Notes: generated by a model not told the origin, from the letters alone. DNA of 64,000 nucleotides from an uncultured archaeon (GCA_964558645.1 CAZLEV010000001.1:189568-253567); one strand, 5' to 3'. Positions 27,175 through 37,810 are shown, counted from the first letter of the stretch. Translations and numbers: made by a program.

Positions 27175-28503
27175 ATGACTTTAGGGACTTCAACAACAAA
27201 CCAGACAACAAGTAATACGCGGACTGAATCAACTCGATGGGTCCAGTTATTGAGTCTATTTGAGTTGGTCTTTGCTGGAGCAGCCATCATCTTTGGCGGA
27301 ATCGTGATTATATCTCAGATTGTGGCTTTCGTTCAAGGACTGCTCGGTATACCAATCAGTGCCGCATACTCTTCATGGTTCACCCAGGGGCTCATTTCTC
27401 TCGTTCTCGGGTTGATTGGGGTAAGCATTGGAACTAACATCCTTGAGAGGGAACTCTGGCCCTTCTCTACATGCCTATATGTCAACAGCATCCTGACAGT
27501 TGTTTATCTGACTCTGCCCTACCCGCTGTCAGTCGCGTTTCTCATCTTTGCCCTTATTCCGATTGTATTATTGTTTCATCCTGAGATAAGGGCATTCTGG
27601 TTTCCCAGCTTCCGAGAAGACATGACCCCTAGAATCAAAGAGCTTCGTCATGGCTTGTATCTCGTCAAGAAGAGCCCACTGGTAGTTGTCGGTCTGATTA
27701 TCATTGCCGCATTCGTCTTCTTAGCATTTGCTGCTCCTTGGCTTGCACCATATGGCCCTGAGGAGAGAATCTGGGCTGACTCGAATCTCCCTCCTATGTC
27801 ACCCAGCACACGACCAAATGCCCCTATGCACTACTGGGGCACAGATGATAGCGGTGGGGATATATTTAGCCGGATACTCTGGGCGGCTCAGGTAGACCTC
27901 AGGATTTCGATTACTGTCGTGGCCGTTGCTGTGATTGTGGGTGTTCTCATCGGGTCTATTGCAGGGTATTTTGGTGGAATCGTCGATGAGCTGGTCATGC
28001 GAGTGACTGACATATTCTTTGCATTCCCTGGGCTGGTTCTTGCAATGGCAATTGTCATGGCCGTCGGCCAGAGAAACATGGATAGCATCGCCATAGCTCT
28101 TATTGTCACATGGTGGCCCGTATACGCCCGCCTTGTTCGGGGGCAGGTCTTATCCGAACGAGAGAAGCTCTATGTCGAGGCTGCCCGATCAGTTGGGGCC
28201 CGGGACAGCAGAATAATACTATTCCACATCATTCCTAACACCATTCAACCTCTGATTGTCCAAGCCACGATGGATACGGGTGCAGTTCTACTTACAGCTG
28301 CGGGTCTGGCATTCATCGGGTTCGGCCCTCCTGCTGGAGTTGCTGAGTGGGGATACATGATATCAATTGGACAGTACTACTTCACGTCCAATGTTTGGCC
28401 TGTCTTCTTCCCAGGCATGGCTATCCTGCTTGTTTCATTGGCTTTCAATCTGGCGGGAGATGGCATACGCGACATACTTGACCCGAAGCTACGGAGGCGA
28501 TAG
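27175..28503 (+). CDS. dppC: Peptide ABC permease (DppC-like) with extra N-terminal TM domain
   Basis: GTDDSGGDIFSR, YVEAARSVGA, HIIPN, EWG.MI, GDGIRDILDPK; start reassigned to ATG 27175. Confidence 0.9.
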   Translation: MTLGTSTTNQTTSNTRTESTRWVQLLSLFELVFAGAAIIFGGIVIISQIVAFVQGLLGIPISAAYSSWFTQGLISLVLGLIGVSIGTNILERELWPFSTCLYVNSILTVVYLTLPYPLSVAFLIFALIPIVLLFHPEIRAFWFPSFREDMTPRIKELRHGLYLVKKSPLVVVGLIIIAAFVFLAFAAPWLAPYGPEERIWADSNLPPMSPSTRPNAPMHYWGTDDSGGDIFSRILWAAQVDLRISITVVAVAVIVGVLIGSIAGYFGGIVDELVMRVTDIFFAFPGLVLAMAIVMAVGQRNMDSIAIALIVTWWPVYARLVRGQVLSEREKLYVEAARSVGARDSRIILFHIIPNTIQPLIVQATMDTGAVLLTAAGLAFIGFGPPAGVAEWGYMISIGQYYFTSNVWPVFFPGMAILLVSLAFNLAGDGIRDILDPKLRRR

Positions 28504-28507
28504 CAAG

Positions 28508-29665
28508 GTGACATTACCTAAAGACTTGGTTCTGAACGTGCAGGGTCTGAAGACCAACTTCTATACCTATGAGGGCACCGTGCTTGCACTTGACGGTGTT
28601 GACCTGTTCCTAAGACGTGGAGACACTATGGGGCTTGTCGGGGAAACAGGGTGCGGAAAATCTGTCACTGCCCGTTCTATACTAAGAATCGTAGAACCTC
28701 CCGGTGTGATTGAAGAAGGTTCAATAGTACTCTATGACCGCGACGAAGAAACCGAAGAGGTCAACGAGATATCAATTCTCGACTTAGACCCTGAAGAGAT
28801 GTTGAGGGTACGCGGCAGAAAGATTGCCATAGTCTTTCAAGATCCTGCTACCTTTCCAAATCCTGTCTTCCGCATAGGAGAACAGATTGCAGAAGTCATC
28901 AAGATACATCAGGACCTCTCTCGTGAAGTGCTTGAGATGAAAATCGGGGACTTGGAGAAGTCTCTTGATAGTGTTGAATCTGAGGAACGGCGCAGCAAGA
29001 TTGAGCAGAAGATCCTACATTATGAATCACAGCTGGATGAGCCTCCCAAGCCAGACAAGAAAGACCTCGAGAAGGCTGCAAAACGTGAGGCCATAGAAGT
29101 GCTGAAATTGGTAAGAATGCCGAGTCCCGAACGTGTGGCTGAACAGTATCCTCACGAGCTCTCTGGTGGAATGAGACAGAGAGCACTCATTGCCATGGCT
29201 CTGTCGTGTAATCCAAGTGTCCTGATCTGCGATGAGGCCACTACAGCCCTTGATGTGACAGTCCAGGCTCAGGTTCTCAAACTCCTCAACGATCTCAAGA
29301 AGGACGTGGGTTCGTCAATCATAATCATCACCCACGATCTTGGTGTTGTTGCAGAAACATGCACGTGGGTGAACGTCATGTACGCAGGCAGCACTGTAGA
29401 GTCTGCTGCAACCGATGAGCTTTTTGAGAATCCATATCACCCTTATACCAAGGGCCTGCTGAAAGCTGTTCCAAAGTTGCATGAAGTGCGAGAACGCTTC
29501 CCTCAGATTCCAGGAAGTGTTCCAAACCTGATTGAACCCCCGACTGGCTGTCGTTTTCATCCACGATGCGATTACGCCACCGATATCTGCAAAGAGGAAA
29601 AGCCGGTTCTTGAAGAGCTATCACCTCAGCATTGGGTTGCCTGTCATCATCCCTTGAAGGAGTAG
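28508..29665 (+). CDS. dppD: Peptide ABC ATPase (DppD-like)
   Basis: GETGCGKS, YPHELSGGMRQR, ICDE, ITHD, C-terminal GCRFHPRC..C..CH; GTG start after GGAGGCGA. Confidence 0.92.
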   Translation: MTLPKDLVLNVQGLKTNFYTYEGTVLALDGVDLFLRRGDTMGLVGETGCGKSVTARSILRIVEPPGVIEEGSIVLYDRDEETEEVNEISILDLDPEEMLRVRGRKIAIVFQDPATFPNPVFRIGEQIAEVIKIHQDLSREVLEMKIGDLEKSLDSVESEERRSKIEQKILHYESQLDEPPKPDKKDLEKAAKREAIEVLKLVRMPSPERVAEQYPHELSGGMRQRALIAMALSCNPSVLICDEATTALDVTVQAQVLKLLNDLKKDVGSSIIIITHDLGVVAETCTWVNVMYAGSTVESAATDELFENPYHPYTKGLLKAVPKLHEVRERFPQIPGSVPNLIEPPTGCRFHPRCDYATDICKEEKPVLEELSPQHWVACHHPLKE

Positions 29666-29678
29666 GAGAGGAACAGAT

Positions 29679-30701
29679 GTGTCTGAAAAATTGATTGAAA
29701 TAGAGAACCTTCAGAAGTACTTCCCCCTAACTGGCGGTGTGTTTCGTTCCGTTGTGGGATATGTACATGCGGTTGACGGTGTGACTTTCGATATCAAGAA
29801 GGGAGAAACATTGGGTCTTGTCGGCGAGTCGGGGTGTGGCAAGACGACGCTCGGACGAACCATGCTTCGGCTCATTGAACCGACTGATGGAAGAATCATC
29901 TTTGACGGTGAAGATATCACCCATATAACTGGGGGCGACCTGCGGAGAACTCGCCATCGGATGCAGATAGTCTTTCAGGACCCTATGGCTTCTCTTGACC
30001 CTCGAGTCACAATAAAGAACTCTGTTGGCGAGCCATTGGTGGTCAACGGCATTGCGAAAGGCCCTAGGATGCGCAAAATGGTGCTAGATCTACTCCAGAA
30101 GGTCGGTTTGACCGAGGATCATCTGAATCGCTTTCCACACGAGTTCAGTGGTGGCCAACGACAGAGAATATGCATTGCCCGGGCGCTCGCTCTGAATCCT
30201 GATTTTGTGGTGATGGACGAACCCACATCCAGCACTGACGTGTCTGTTCAAGCCCAATCGTTGAACCTGATGAAGGACTTACAGGATGAGTTCGATCTCA
30301 CATACATGTTCATCTCTCATGACCTATCCGTGGTCAAGCACATGAGTGACAGAATTGCAGTCATGTACTTGGGCCAGATAGTAGAACTAACTCCTGGTGA
30401 TATCTTTAGGGAGCCACTGCATCCCTACTCCTTTGCTTTGGTGTCAGCAGTACCAATACCTGACCCGCGATTTGCCGGAAGAGCCACTATCCTTAAGGGT
30501 GAGGTTCCCAGTCCCATCAGTCCTCCACCAGGGTGTAGGTTCCATCCCCGGTGCATCTTTGCCGAGGAGATATGTAAGAAGGAGGAACCCGAACTGAGGG
30601 ATGTAGGCAACGGGCATCTCGTTAAATGTCACTTCGCTCCGGACCTTGATTTCGGAACTAGTGCTCAACAGGAGTTCGCTGATGCAAAGGAAACAGCATG
30701 A
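29679..30701 (+). CDS. dppF: Peptide ABC ATPase (DppF-like)
   Basis: GESGCGKT, FPHEFSGGQRQR, MDEP, ISHD, oligo_HPY Cys motif. Confidence 0.92.
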   Translation: MSEKLIEIENLQKYFPLTGGVFRSVVGYVHAVDGVTFDIKKGETLGLVGESGCGKTTLGRTMLRLIEPTDGRIIFDGEDITHITGGDLRRTRHRMQIVFQDPMASLDPRVTIKNSVGEPLVVNGIAKGPRMRKMVLDLLQKVGLTEDHLNRFPHEFSGGQRQRICIARALALNPDFVVMDEPTSSTDVSVQAQSLNLMKDLQDEFDLTYMFISHDLSVVKHMSDRIAVMYLGQIVELTPGDIFREPLHPYSFALVSAVPIPDPRFAGRATILKGEVPSPISPPPGCRFHPRCIFAEEICKKEEPELRDVGNGHLVKCHFAPDLDFGTSAQQEFADAKETA

Positions 30702-30761
30702 CCCAATGGAATGACTCTTCAGTGAGTATGCCATGGAGAAAGACAAGAAGGTTGAAACATC

Positions 30762-30992
30762 TTGAGTTCGGACGACGAGGGGTATACTTACAACGAAGAG
30801 ATTGATCAGCAAGAACCTGATTGGAGTCAGTACGCTCGCCGAGAGGACTACCGCAAGAACAGGGTTCATCTCGACAAGACCGACTACTTGGCCCTCTTCT
30901 TGGCTGCTGTTCAGACCATATTTCTCCCGTTGGTCATAATTGCTTTGGCCCTCGTTGCATCTTCTCTAATACTCACATTCTTACTATCTTGA
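30762..30992 (+). CDS. Small membrane protein
   Basis: 76 aa; acidic N-terminus, hydrophobic C-terminus; fills the gap in a co-oriented run. Confidence 0.55.
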   Translation: MSSDDEGYTYNEEIDQQEPDWSQYARREDYRKNRVHLDKTDYLALFLAAVQTIFLPLVIIALALVASSLILTFLLS

Positions 30993-31012
30993 TATTGCTG
31001 GTGAAACCGAAT

Positions 31013-31351
31013 ATGACGGGGTTCAAGGATGAGGTCTGGGAAGCTGCCAGCTGGGCGAGTATCGTTTCTGTTGCAACAATGGCTATTGCGTTCATTCCGT
31101 TTCTAATGTTTGGATTTCAAGGTTACTTCTATATGGTCTCGAATCTCACGTTACTAGAATTCGGCTTGTTCTTGGTTCTGGGCGGTTGTCTGATGGCACG
31201 TCAGCCACTTCGTGATGAAGACCGATATGATGCTGATGGCCAACCAGTACTCTCATGGAGATGGGCTATCATCGGCAAGAAGCTACTTATCGCATCAGTG
31301 TTCTTGCTCGGCTTGACGGGTGCATTCTTTCTTCTCGGAGCCCTTCTCTGA
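31013..31351 (+). CDS. Small 3-TM membrane protein
   Basis: ATG 31013 after GGTGA SD; hydrophobic. Confidence 0.6.
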   Translation: MTGFKDEVWEAASWASIVSVATMAIAFIPFLMFGFQGYFYMVSNLTLLEFGLFLVLGGCLMARQPLRDEDRYDADGQPVLSWRWAIIGKKLLIASVFLLGLTGAFFLLGALL

Positions 31352-32140
31352 TGCTTTGAGCCCTTTTTGCGTTCGGAGTGTCATGCAGCGTCTATTCCAC
31401 AGTGTTACGAGAAACCGAGAAAGTCTAGTGACTGATAGCGTAATGAAGGCTACCGCACCAACTAGATAGAGAACTGAAAAGACCGCCCAGTATTCCAAGA
31501 GATATAGAGCAGGATTCCAGAGAGCAAAGAGCGTAACTTGGGCGACCAGATACGCTACTACTATGCCAATACTCTCTCCAAAGGGAGCAAGCAACAAGAA
31601 CGCACCCCCAATAGAGTATGATATAATCTGCCAGTTCCGCATCGTTTCATGGGCGATCTTGGCATAGACGTAATCCTCCTCGACAAGGGTTGTCGGCCAT
31701 TGTGCATAAATTGCTTGTAGAAGCGACTTAGACGTGTTCAAAGTGCCGGGGCCTAAGGAAACAATCACGCCCGCTGTCAAGATTGGTAGTGAGATTCCCA
31801 ATACACTAACAGCTCCAAGTGATATCAGTATGAGTATGAGCGATGAAGAAAAGAGAAAGATAGCGACCAAGAGAAATCCAAGCAGGGGGCTTTCATTTAC
31901 TTTGTCTCTGATTAGCTCGACAAGTCTATGCGAGTCTTTCATTGGGATCTTATCAAACAGCCATCTGTGCGAGAAGCATCGAGTATACTCAGTTCTTCCT
32001 GAGGTGTCAATTTGACTCAAATCAAACGATTCTTCGAAACGTGACAGCAATGCCGAAAAATAGGCAAGCTTCCGTGCCCTTAGTAGACTAACAGCGATTA
32101 CCATACTTCCTGCCGCAAGCAGGGCAAAGGTAGCTATCAT
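31295..32140 (-). CDS. Hypothetical multi-TM membrane protein
   Basis: Hydrophobic ORF; likely start ATG 32140 after GAGGT. Confidence 0.6.
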   Translation of the reverse strand: MIATFALLAAGSMVIAVSLLRARKLAYFSALLSRFEESFDLSQIDTSGRTEYTRCFSHRWLFDKIPMKDSHRLVELIRDKVNESPLLGFLLVAIFLFSSSLILILISLGAVSVLGISLPILTAGVIVSLGPGTLNTSKSLLQAIYAQWPTTLVEEDYVYAKIAHETMRNWQIISYSIGGAFLLLAPFGESIGIVVAYLVAQVTLFALWNPALYLLEYWAVFSVLYLVGAVAFITLSVTRLSRFLVTLWNRRCMTLRTQKGLKASEKGSEKKECTRQAEQEH

Positions 32141-32276
32141 AACCTCTTCGCCAACTCGGAATTCATCCCTCAGGATTAAACCGTGTCTTTTAGAGATGTG
32201 GAAGTGTGCATGGCCTACCGATTTGAGAAAAGATGGCATCTTCCATTGAATGTGATGGATCCGAGCTGGCGAGCTC

Positions 32277-33257
32277 TTAGACACAGCTCTTCGCTTCGAT
32301 TAGATCCCGGAGTGCCATCATCCAGAGATGGTACCTCAGAGGAATCGATGTATCGTGAAGTCCATCCATCGGTTTGCAGATCATGATCATGACAGAGCCG
32401 CACAGTTTGCATGGTGGTTTTCCACCGACACCAAGAGTCACAGCTTCACCTGTGGTGGAGATACCAATTCCATGGGTGTGGAAATCCTCGGGGTCCTCTG
32501 AAAAACGATAGTCGAAGCTCACATCAGGCAACGGATAGATGCTCGCCTGACAAAGCTTCATGTCTACATCTACTCTGATATTCTCCAGATTGTATTTGGA
32601 TATGAGATCACGAGAGCCAAATCCGCGAGGAATGAAGATTGGCCGTGAGCTGTATGTTTCTAAGACCACCCGCTCCTCTAGAACCCCTGCGAAGTCGCCT
32701 CCATGGCCAGCCAGAGTCATCATGTCATCCTTGACCGAGAAAGACTCTAGACCACTTCCTGTAGCGTGCCTCACAATAGACCTGCTGTCATTTGTCCCAT
32801 CGGACGTAGAATCATGGTAAAACCAAGGGAAGGTGATCATCGGATTTAGTCTGTCACGGTATTCCTTCTTTCTTGCCATTATTTTCCAGATGTTCTTATT
32901 GATAACGAAGACTGCCAATGATATAGGCTGAAGTACCTTGCTTTCACGCATGATGTAGTCGGAAATTGGCTCCTTTCTTGTTTGGCGCAGGATTCGCCGA
33001 AGCTGCTCGTATGACAGCTTCGTGTCCCCCGTTGTCTGAAGACTAAGCTCTTGCTGTTGTTCAAGAGGAATCTGATGGCCCCTCTCTGCTTCGAATTGCC
33101 GTAGAGCTTCTAGTCCAAATCTGTATCTGGTTAGCAACGCACCACTCTCAGACGACTGGTTGTTCGGTTCAGGTATGCCCATTGAGATGGCTTGGCCTTT
33201 GACCTTTGTGTTCAATGCGGATTGTGCGAACCAGTATCCTGCTTCCTTTCCTCTCAA
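32277..33257 (-). CDS. Hypothetical soluble protein (start may be 33182)
   Basis: Long ORF, no recognised motif. Confidence 0.55.
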   Translation of the reverse strand: MRGKEAGYWFAQSALNTKVKGQAISMGIPEPNNQSSESGALLTRYRFGLEALRQFEAERGHQIPLEQQQELSLQTTGDTKLSYEQLRRILRQTRKEPISDYIMRESKVLQPISLAVFVINKNIWKIMARKKEYRDRLNPMITFPWFYHDSTSDGTNDSRSIVRHATGSGLESFSVKDDMMTLAGHGGDFAGVLEERVVLETYSSRPIFIPRGFGSRDLISKYNLENIRVDVDMKLCQASIYPLPDVSFDYRFSEDPEDFHTHGIGISTTGEAVTLGVGGKPPCKLCGSVMIMICKPMDGLHDTSIPLRYHLWMMALRDLIEAKSCV

Positions 33258-33583
33258 TCAACACTTAATCTGCATATTGCTCTCGAGAGCTCGACGCTGT
33301 TATGCGTCAATCGGATGAACAAATGAGCGAGATGACAAGACTTCAAACAGCACACCGGTATTGTCCATCCTGAGCTTGGGGTACCTATGCGGCTATTACA
33401 GCAAAGACGTATATAGCACCTCACCATATCTCAGAGGTGTTCAAGCCGGGAGACTTGTTCAGCAAGTACATGAAAAGCCCATTGGGTTGTGGATGGTAGT
33501 AAAGAGTATCTGGAAAGTCACAGGTTGATCCAGTTCCCGTTGAATGGGATCAATGGGCGTATCTGTTTGACGCGGCAGACAGG

Positions 33584-33618
33584 AAAAACCCCTTCGTGGG
33601 CGCCCTAAGGGCGCTCAC
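33584..33618 (-). terminator. GC-rich hairpin plus U-tract after ABC ATPase
   Basis: GTGGGCGCCC-TAA-GGGCGCTCAC; TTTTT downstream on the minus strand. Confidence 0.5.
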
Positions 33619-33627
33619 CCCCTATTT

Positions 33628-34707
33628 CTAAATCTCGCCCCATCGGTGACAGTATATGAAATGCCCCGGTTCGACTTTGCGATACTCGGGTATCTCTTCC
33701 CTGCAAATATCAATACAATACTCACATCTGGGATGGAACGGGCATCCACTGGGAAGGCTTGACAGATCTGGTGGGGAACCCGGTATACCTCTGAGCCGAG
33801 GCCTCTCCTTGCCTGCCTTCATCCGCATCATCGCTATCTTGGGATATGAACCCATCAGTCCTCGAGTATAGGGGTGGTCTGGGTCAAGGAATATTTTTTC
33901 TGCAGGGCCCACTTCCATGAATTTCCCTGCATACATGACGGCTACACGGTCTGCCAGCTCAGCGATGACGCCAGCGTTGTGGCTGATTGCCATGAGTGAT
34001 ACACCAAATTCATCTCTTACCATTTGAAGCACATTGAGAATCTGGCTCTGTATCGTGACATCTAAGGCAGATGTGGGCTCGTCAGCAATTACAAGATAAG
34101 GACCTGAGATTAGCGACATAGCGATGAGGATACGCTGAGCCTCTCCTCCACTGAAGGTGCCAGGATCCATGACAAAACGTATACCTGCATCTGCCAGACT
34201 GACCAAGCCCAGATATTCCAACACCTTGCGTTTGAGTTCGATGAGACGAATATTCTCCTCATGAATCTCCATCGGCTCGCCGGTCTGATAGCCAACGCTA
34301 TACTGAGGATTCAGTGCGCGGGTCAGTCCCTGCGGAATCATGGAGATCTGCTTCCCTCTCATCTTGACCAGTTCTTCTTCTTCCATTTGTGTCAGGTCTT
34401 GCCCACGGAAGTAGACACGACCTTGGACTCCGGGGCGGTCTTGAGAGTCCGACTGAGATGATTCGTCGAACTCCTGTCTGAGACCTGGCACATTAGATGT
34501 TCCTGCTGCGTATCTGGCAACTCGTTCAAAGAGTCCGATGACTGCAAGGGCAAGTGAGCTCTTGCCGCAACCTGACTCGCCGAGAATCCCAAGACACTCC
34601 CCGGTGTCAATGTGGAATGAAACCCCATCGACTGCTTTGATGACACCCTTCTTACTCGCATAGTATGCCTTGAGATTCTCGACTGTGAGTAGTCTGTCAC
34701 CGTTCAT
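33628..34707 (-). CDS. Orphan oligopeptide-type ABC ATPase
   Basis: GESGCGKS, FSGGEAQR, IADEP, ISHN, C-terminal GCPFHPRC..C..CH. Confidence 0.88.
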   Translation of the reverse strand: MNGDRLLTVENLKAYYASKKGVIKAVDGVSFHIDTGECLGILGESGCGKSSLALAVIGLFERVARYAAGTSNVPGLRQEFDESSQSDSQDRPGVQGRVYFRGQDLTQMEEEELVKMRGKQISMIPQGLTRALNPQYSVGYQTGEPMEIHEENIRLIELKRKVLEYLGLVSLADAGIRFVMDPGTFSGGEAQRILIAMSLISGPYLVIADEPTSALDVTIQSQILNVLQMVRDEFGVSLMAISHNAGVIAELADRVAVMYAGKFMEVGPAEKIFLDPDHPYTRGLMGSYPKIAMMRMKAGKERPRLRGIPGSPPDLSSLPSGCPFHPRCEYCIDICREEIPEYRKVEPGHFIYCHRWGEI

Positions 34708-34806
34708 CTTATTCAGGTTCTCAGGCCGAAACGATACGTTAAAAGACTATCAATCGGGCAAGCACAAGCTGCTATAGCACAATCTGTCAAGAACCGGTGT
34801 TGAAAG

Positions 34807-36000
34807 ATGTATGAGGTAAGTGAAGGAAGGCCTGAGTTCAAAGATGACGTGATTCGTATCTTCTGGAAAGCCTTCGAGCCAACTCGTAACCTTGACGAGA
34901 TGCGACAGGAAGATTGGACAGACTACTGGAACAACCAAGACAATGACGACTTCGCCTATGTTGCATTACACAATGGTAGACCGGTGGCCAATGTTTCATT
35001 CTTTGGCAGTATGCAGAACAAGATTCGGGGAATGCCTGTCAGGTTCGCAGGTGTCTGGGGTGTCGCAACAGAGCCGAATCACCGTCGGTATGGTCTTGTG
35101 CGTAGGCTCCTAGAGCCTGCCTTCACACGGATGAAGAAGGAAGGCATGGTCCTCTCCATTCTTGATCCCTTCTATGTTCCCTTCTATGAGAAGTTTGGAT
35201 ACGCCGTGGCGGAGAGCCGTACGCGGCATCAGTTCTCTCCCCGCGAGTTTCGGAAGGTCGAGATGGACGATGAGTTAGAGGCACGAGAGCTTTCGGACCC
35301 CGAGGAGTCAGAGATGGTTCTCGAGGTTGAGAGGACGATGTCGAGATTTGGTTCGCGAGCATTTCATTTCGGGAGGAGTATTGAGCGGGCAATCAAAAAG
35401 GGGCACTTCTATGTAATCGAGAAGGGCTCTCAACCCGTCGCAACCACGAAGTTCACTTTCGATCGCAAGAACGGTGATTTATCTCTAAATGCGGGTCTTT
35501 CATACTACAAGGCCTCGGAGTATTTCTCCTCCATCGTGAGACTGGTTTCTCAATATGCCGTGAACTCGAAGCAACTCACTTGGTACTGCGATAATCAGGC
35601 TCCTGTCAGATTGTTCACGAAGCATCATGATTCGGTTGTGACCCAAGAGGCCGGCGGAATGATGATGCGTGTTGTGGATATACAGGGATACTGTCGTTCA
35701 ATTGCTGTTCCAGAAGAGGCTGACCAACGAGTTACTCTCTCTCTGAAGGATGAGCAGTGTAGCTGGAACTCGGGAGAGTATGAGCTGCAACCCGATGGTG
35801 GGAAGCTTGAATGCAATCTAATAGAGTGCGATTCTACAGACATCAAACTGGATGCACTTGGGCTGTCAAGGGTCGTTTCAGGACTCGTCGTGGCGAGTAC
35901 ACTCAGGGGCCTGGGAATCATTGACTGTTCGAAAGAAACTGCAGCTAAACTCGATGCTCTGTTCCCTCCAGACAACTTCGTATCTTATGAGAGATTCTGA
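34807..36000 (+). CDS. Eis-like GNAT acetyltransferase with C-terminal SCP2-like domain
   Basis: GVATEPNHRRYGL, FYEKFGY, MMRVVD, D..C.WNSG. Confidence 0.88.
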   Translation: MYEVSEGRPEFKDDVIRIFWKAFEPTRNLDEMRQEDWTDYWNNQDNDDFAYVALHNGRPVANVSFFGSMQNKIRGMPVRFAGVWGVATEPNHRRYGLVRRLLEPAFTRMKKEGMVLSILDPFYVPFYEKFGYAVAESRTRHQFSPREFRKVEMDDELEARELSDPEESEMVLEVERTMSRFGSRAFHFGRSIERAIKKGHFYVIEKGSQPVATTKFTFDRKNGDLSLNAGLSYYKASEYFSSIVRLVSQYAVNSKQLTWYCDNQAPVRLFTKHHDSVVTQEAGGMMMRVVDIQGYCRSIAVPEEADQRVTLSLKDEQCSWNSGEYELQPDGGKLECNLIECDSTDIKLDALGLSRVVSGLVVASTLRGLGIIDCSKETAAKLDALFPPDNFVSYERF

Positions 36001-36072
36001 GTGTGACACCACTGCTACTTCAGACGTAACTCTTTATACGCGCACCAGTAACTTGGCGAGTAGGTGCAGACT

Positions 36073-37260
36073 ATGAACGAATCCGTGGTCTACTTCACAG
36101 ACAGAGCTGCAGAGTCAGGATACAACATGCTGGACAAACTGGAACAAATATTCACCAGGCTGGGACTTGCGGACGACATCGAGCCCGGTGAGAAGGTCAT
36201 GATAAAGACTCACTTTGGTCAGTACGGCAATACAAACTACATTCGTCCCGCATACGTGAGAAAGATTGCTGACTTGGTTAAGAAGGCTGGTGGAATCCCA
36301 TTTGCTGCTGAAACTTGTGGACTGGGATATGGAACGACCGGTGTATTCTCAGGTAGGACGACGGCCCCTGATTACTTGGGGATGGCATCTCAAAACGGCT
36401 TCTCTGAGGCCACAATCGGCTGCCCCATCATCATGGCTGATGGTTACTGGGGCGTTGACACCTTTGATGTTGAAATCGACGGCGAGTTCATGGACAGAGT
36501 GGATGTTGCTGCTGCAGTACTCGATTGCGATAGAGTGATCATGCTCACCCATGCGAAAGGTCACGGTCTCAGTGGCCTCGGAGGTACGTTGAAGAATCTG
36601 GGCATTGGTCTAGTCGGTAAGCGGGGAAAGGCAGCTATGCACAATCTCGGCGACTTTGAGATTGACCCTGAGAAATGCCTTGGACCTGAGTGTTCCAAAT
36701 GCCTTAAGGTCTGTCCCACACGGTGCATCACGATGCAGGATGCAGCGCAGATAGATAATGACCATTGCGTCAATTGTGGGCATTGCCGTTCAGTGTGCAA
36801 TAATGTAGATGCAAAGGCTATCTCTGTGACGTGGAGGAATGCCGATGATCAGCCTCTCCGATTTGTGGAGAATGCCTTGGGTGTGCTAGACTCCATCGGT
36901 CGCGATCGTTTCTATCACATCAATCTGGCTATTGATATCAGTGACCTGTGTGATTGTTGGGGGGTTGGGGCTCCCTTGCTGGTTCACGATATCGGTATTC
37001 TCGGTTCGCGCGACCCCCTCGCAGTCGATCAGGCAACTCAGGACAAGATTAACGAGGCTCCCGCAAACCCCGATTCCCTTGTTGGTGACCTTGAATGTGG
37101 CGAGTGCAAGTTTGCCCACGCGCTCAGTGCAAGGAGCACGAATGTCGACGAGCCCGTAGACCGTGCCGAGATCCAGTTTGCCCACGCCGAGAAGATGGGG
37201 CTTGGAAGCAGGAAATACAACCTGGTTCAGCTGACTAAGGATGATTTCAGCAAGGACTAG
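36073..37260 (+). CDS. DUF362-family Fe-S protein
   Basis: IKTHFGQ.GN, H.KGH...GG.LKNLGIG, ferredoxin Cys clusters, CDC, DIGILGS.DP.AVD. Confidence 0.88.
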   Translation: MNESVVYFTDRAAESGYNMLDKLEQIFTRLGLADDIEPGEKVMIKTHFGQYGNTNYIRPAYVRKIADLVKKAGGIPFAAETCGLGYGTTGVFSGRTTAPDYLGMASQNGFSEATIGCPIIMADGYWGVDTFDVEIDGEFMDRVDVAAAVLDCDRVIMLTHAKGHGLSGLGGTLKNLGIGLVGKRGKAAMHNLGDFEIDPEKCLGPECSKCLKVCPTRCITMQDAAQIDNDHCVNCGHCRSVCNNVDAKAISVTWRNADDQPLRFVENALGVLDSIGRDRFYHINLAIDISDLCDCWGVGAPLLVHDIGILGSRDPLAVDQATQDKINEAPANPDSLVGDLECGECKFAHALSARSTNVDEPVDRAEIQFAHAEKMGLGSRKYNLVQLTKDDFSKD

Positions 37261-37276
37261 AGGAGAAGAATCAGAT

Positions 37277-37801
37277 ATGGAGACACAGAATTGGTTTCGT
37301 AAGAGACTCATTGACGCACACGAGAGGCAACGTACCCATCTGTACCGTATCATCGGAGACCTGTCTCCAGATCTGGTCGAGGAGAAGGTTTCTGATGAGC
37401 AACGATTTCCTGACATACTCTCTGTCTTGCGACACATTGGCAACTCGGAGACCTACTGGTTCCACAAGAATGGCAATGACCTCCTTCCCCCGCTCAGCAC
37501 TGGAGGTTTCAATGCGGTGGTAAACCACCTAAAGGAAGTGTCCGAAGCGATGGTCGAAATGATTCGTACCTGCTCTGAAGAGGAGCTTCGAGTTGTGCCC
37601 CCCACAGCAGAGCGAGGCCCCTCGATTTCTTGGTGTGTCCTGAGGACTTTCCAGCACGGCATCTATCATGCAGGTCAGATTGCTAAGATGCGGCATATGA
37701 TGGGCGCACCATCTCTTGAGGTAGATGACGCTTCGTGGAACGCGGCGGTTGACGCCTCGACAGAGATTATTGGGGACTTATTGGACGAGTCCTGGAAGTG
37801 A
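37277..37801 (+). CDS. DinB/YfiT-family protein
   Basis: LRHIGNSE..W and HGIYHAGQI His triad. Confidence 0.85.
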   Translation: METQNWFRKRLIDAHERQRTHLYRIIGDLSPDLVEEKVSDEQRFPDILSVLRHIGNSETYWFHKNGNDLLPPLSTGGFNAVVNHLKEVSEAMVEMIRTCSEEELRVVPPTAERGPSISWCVLRTFQHGIYHAGQIAKMRHMMGAPSLEVDDASWNAAVDASTEIIGDLLDESWK

Positions 37802-37810
37802 TGGTCCGCG

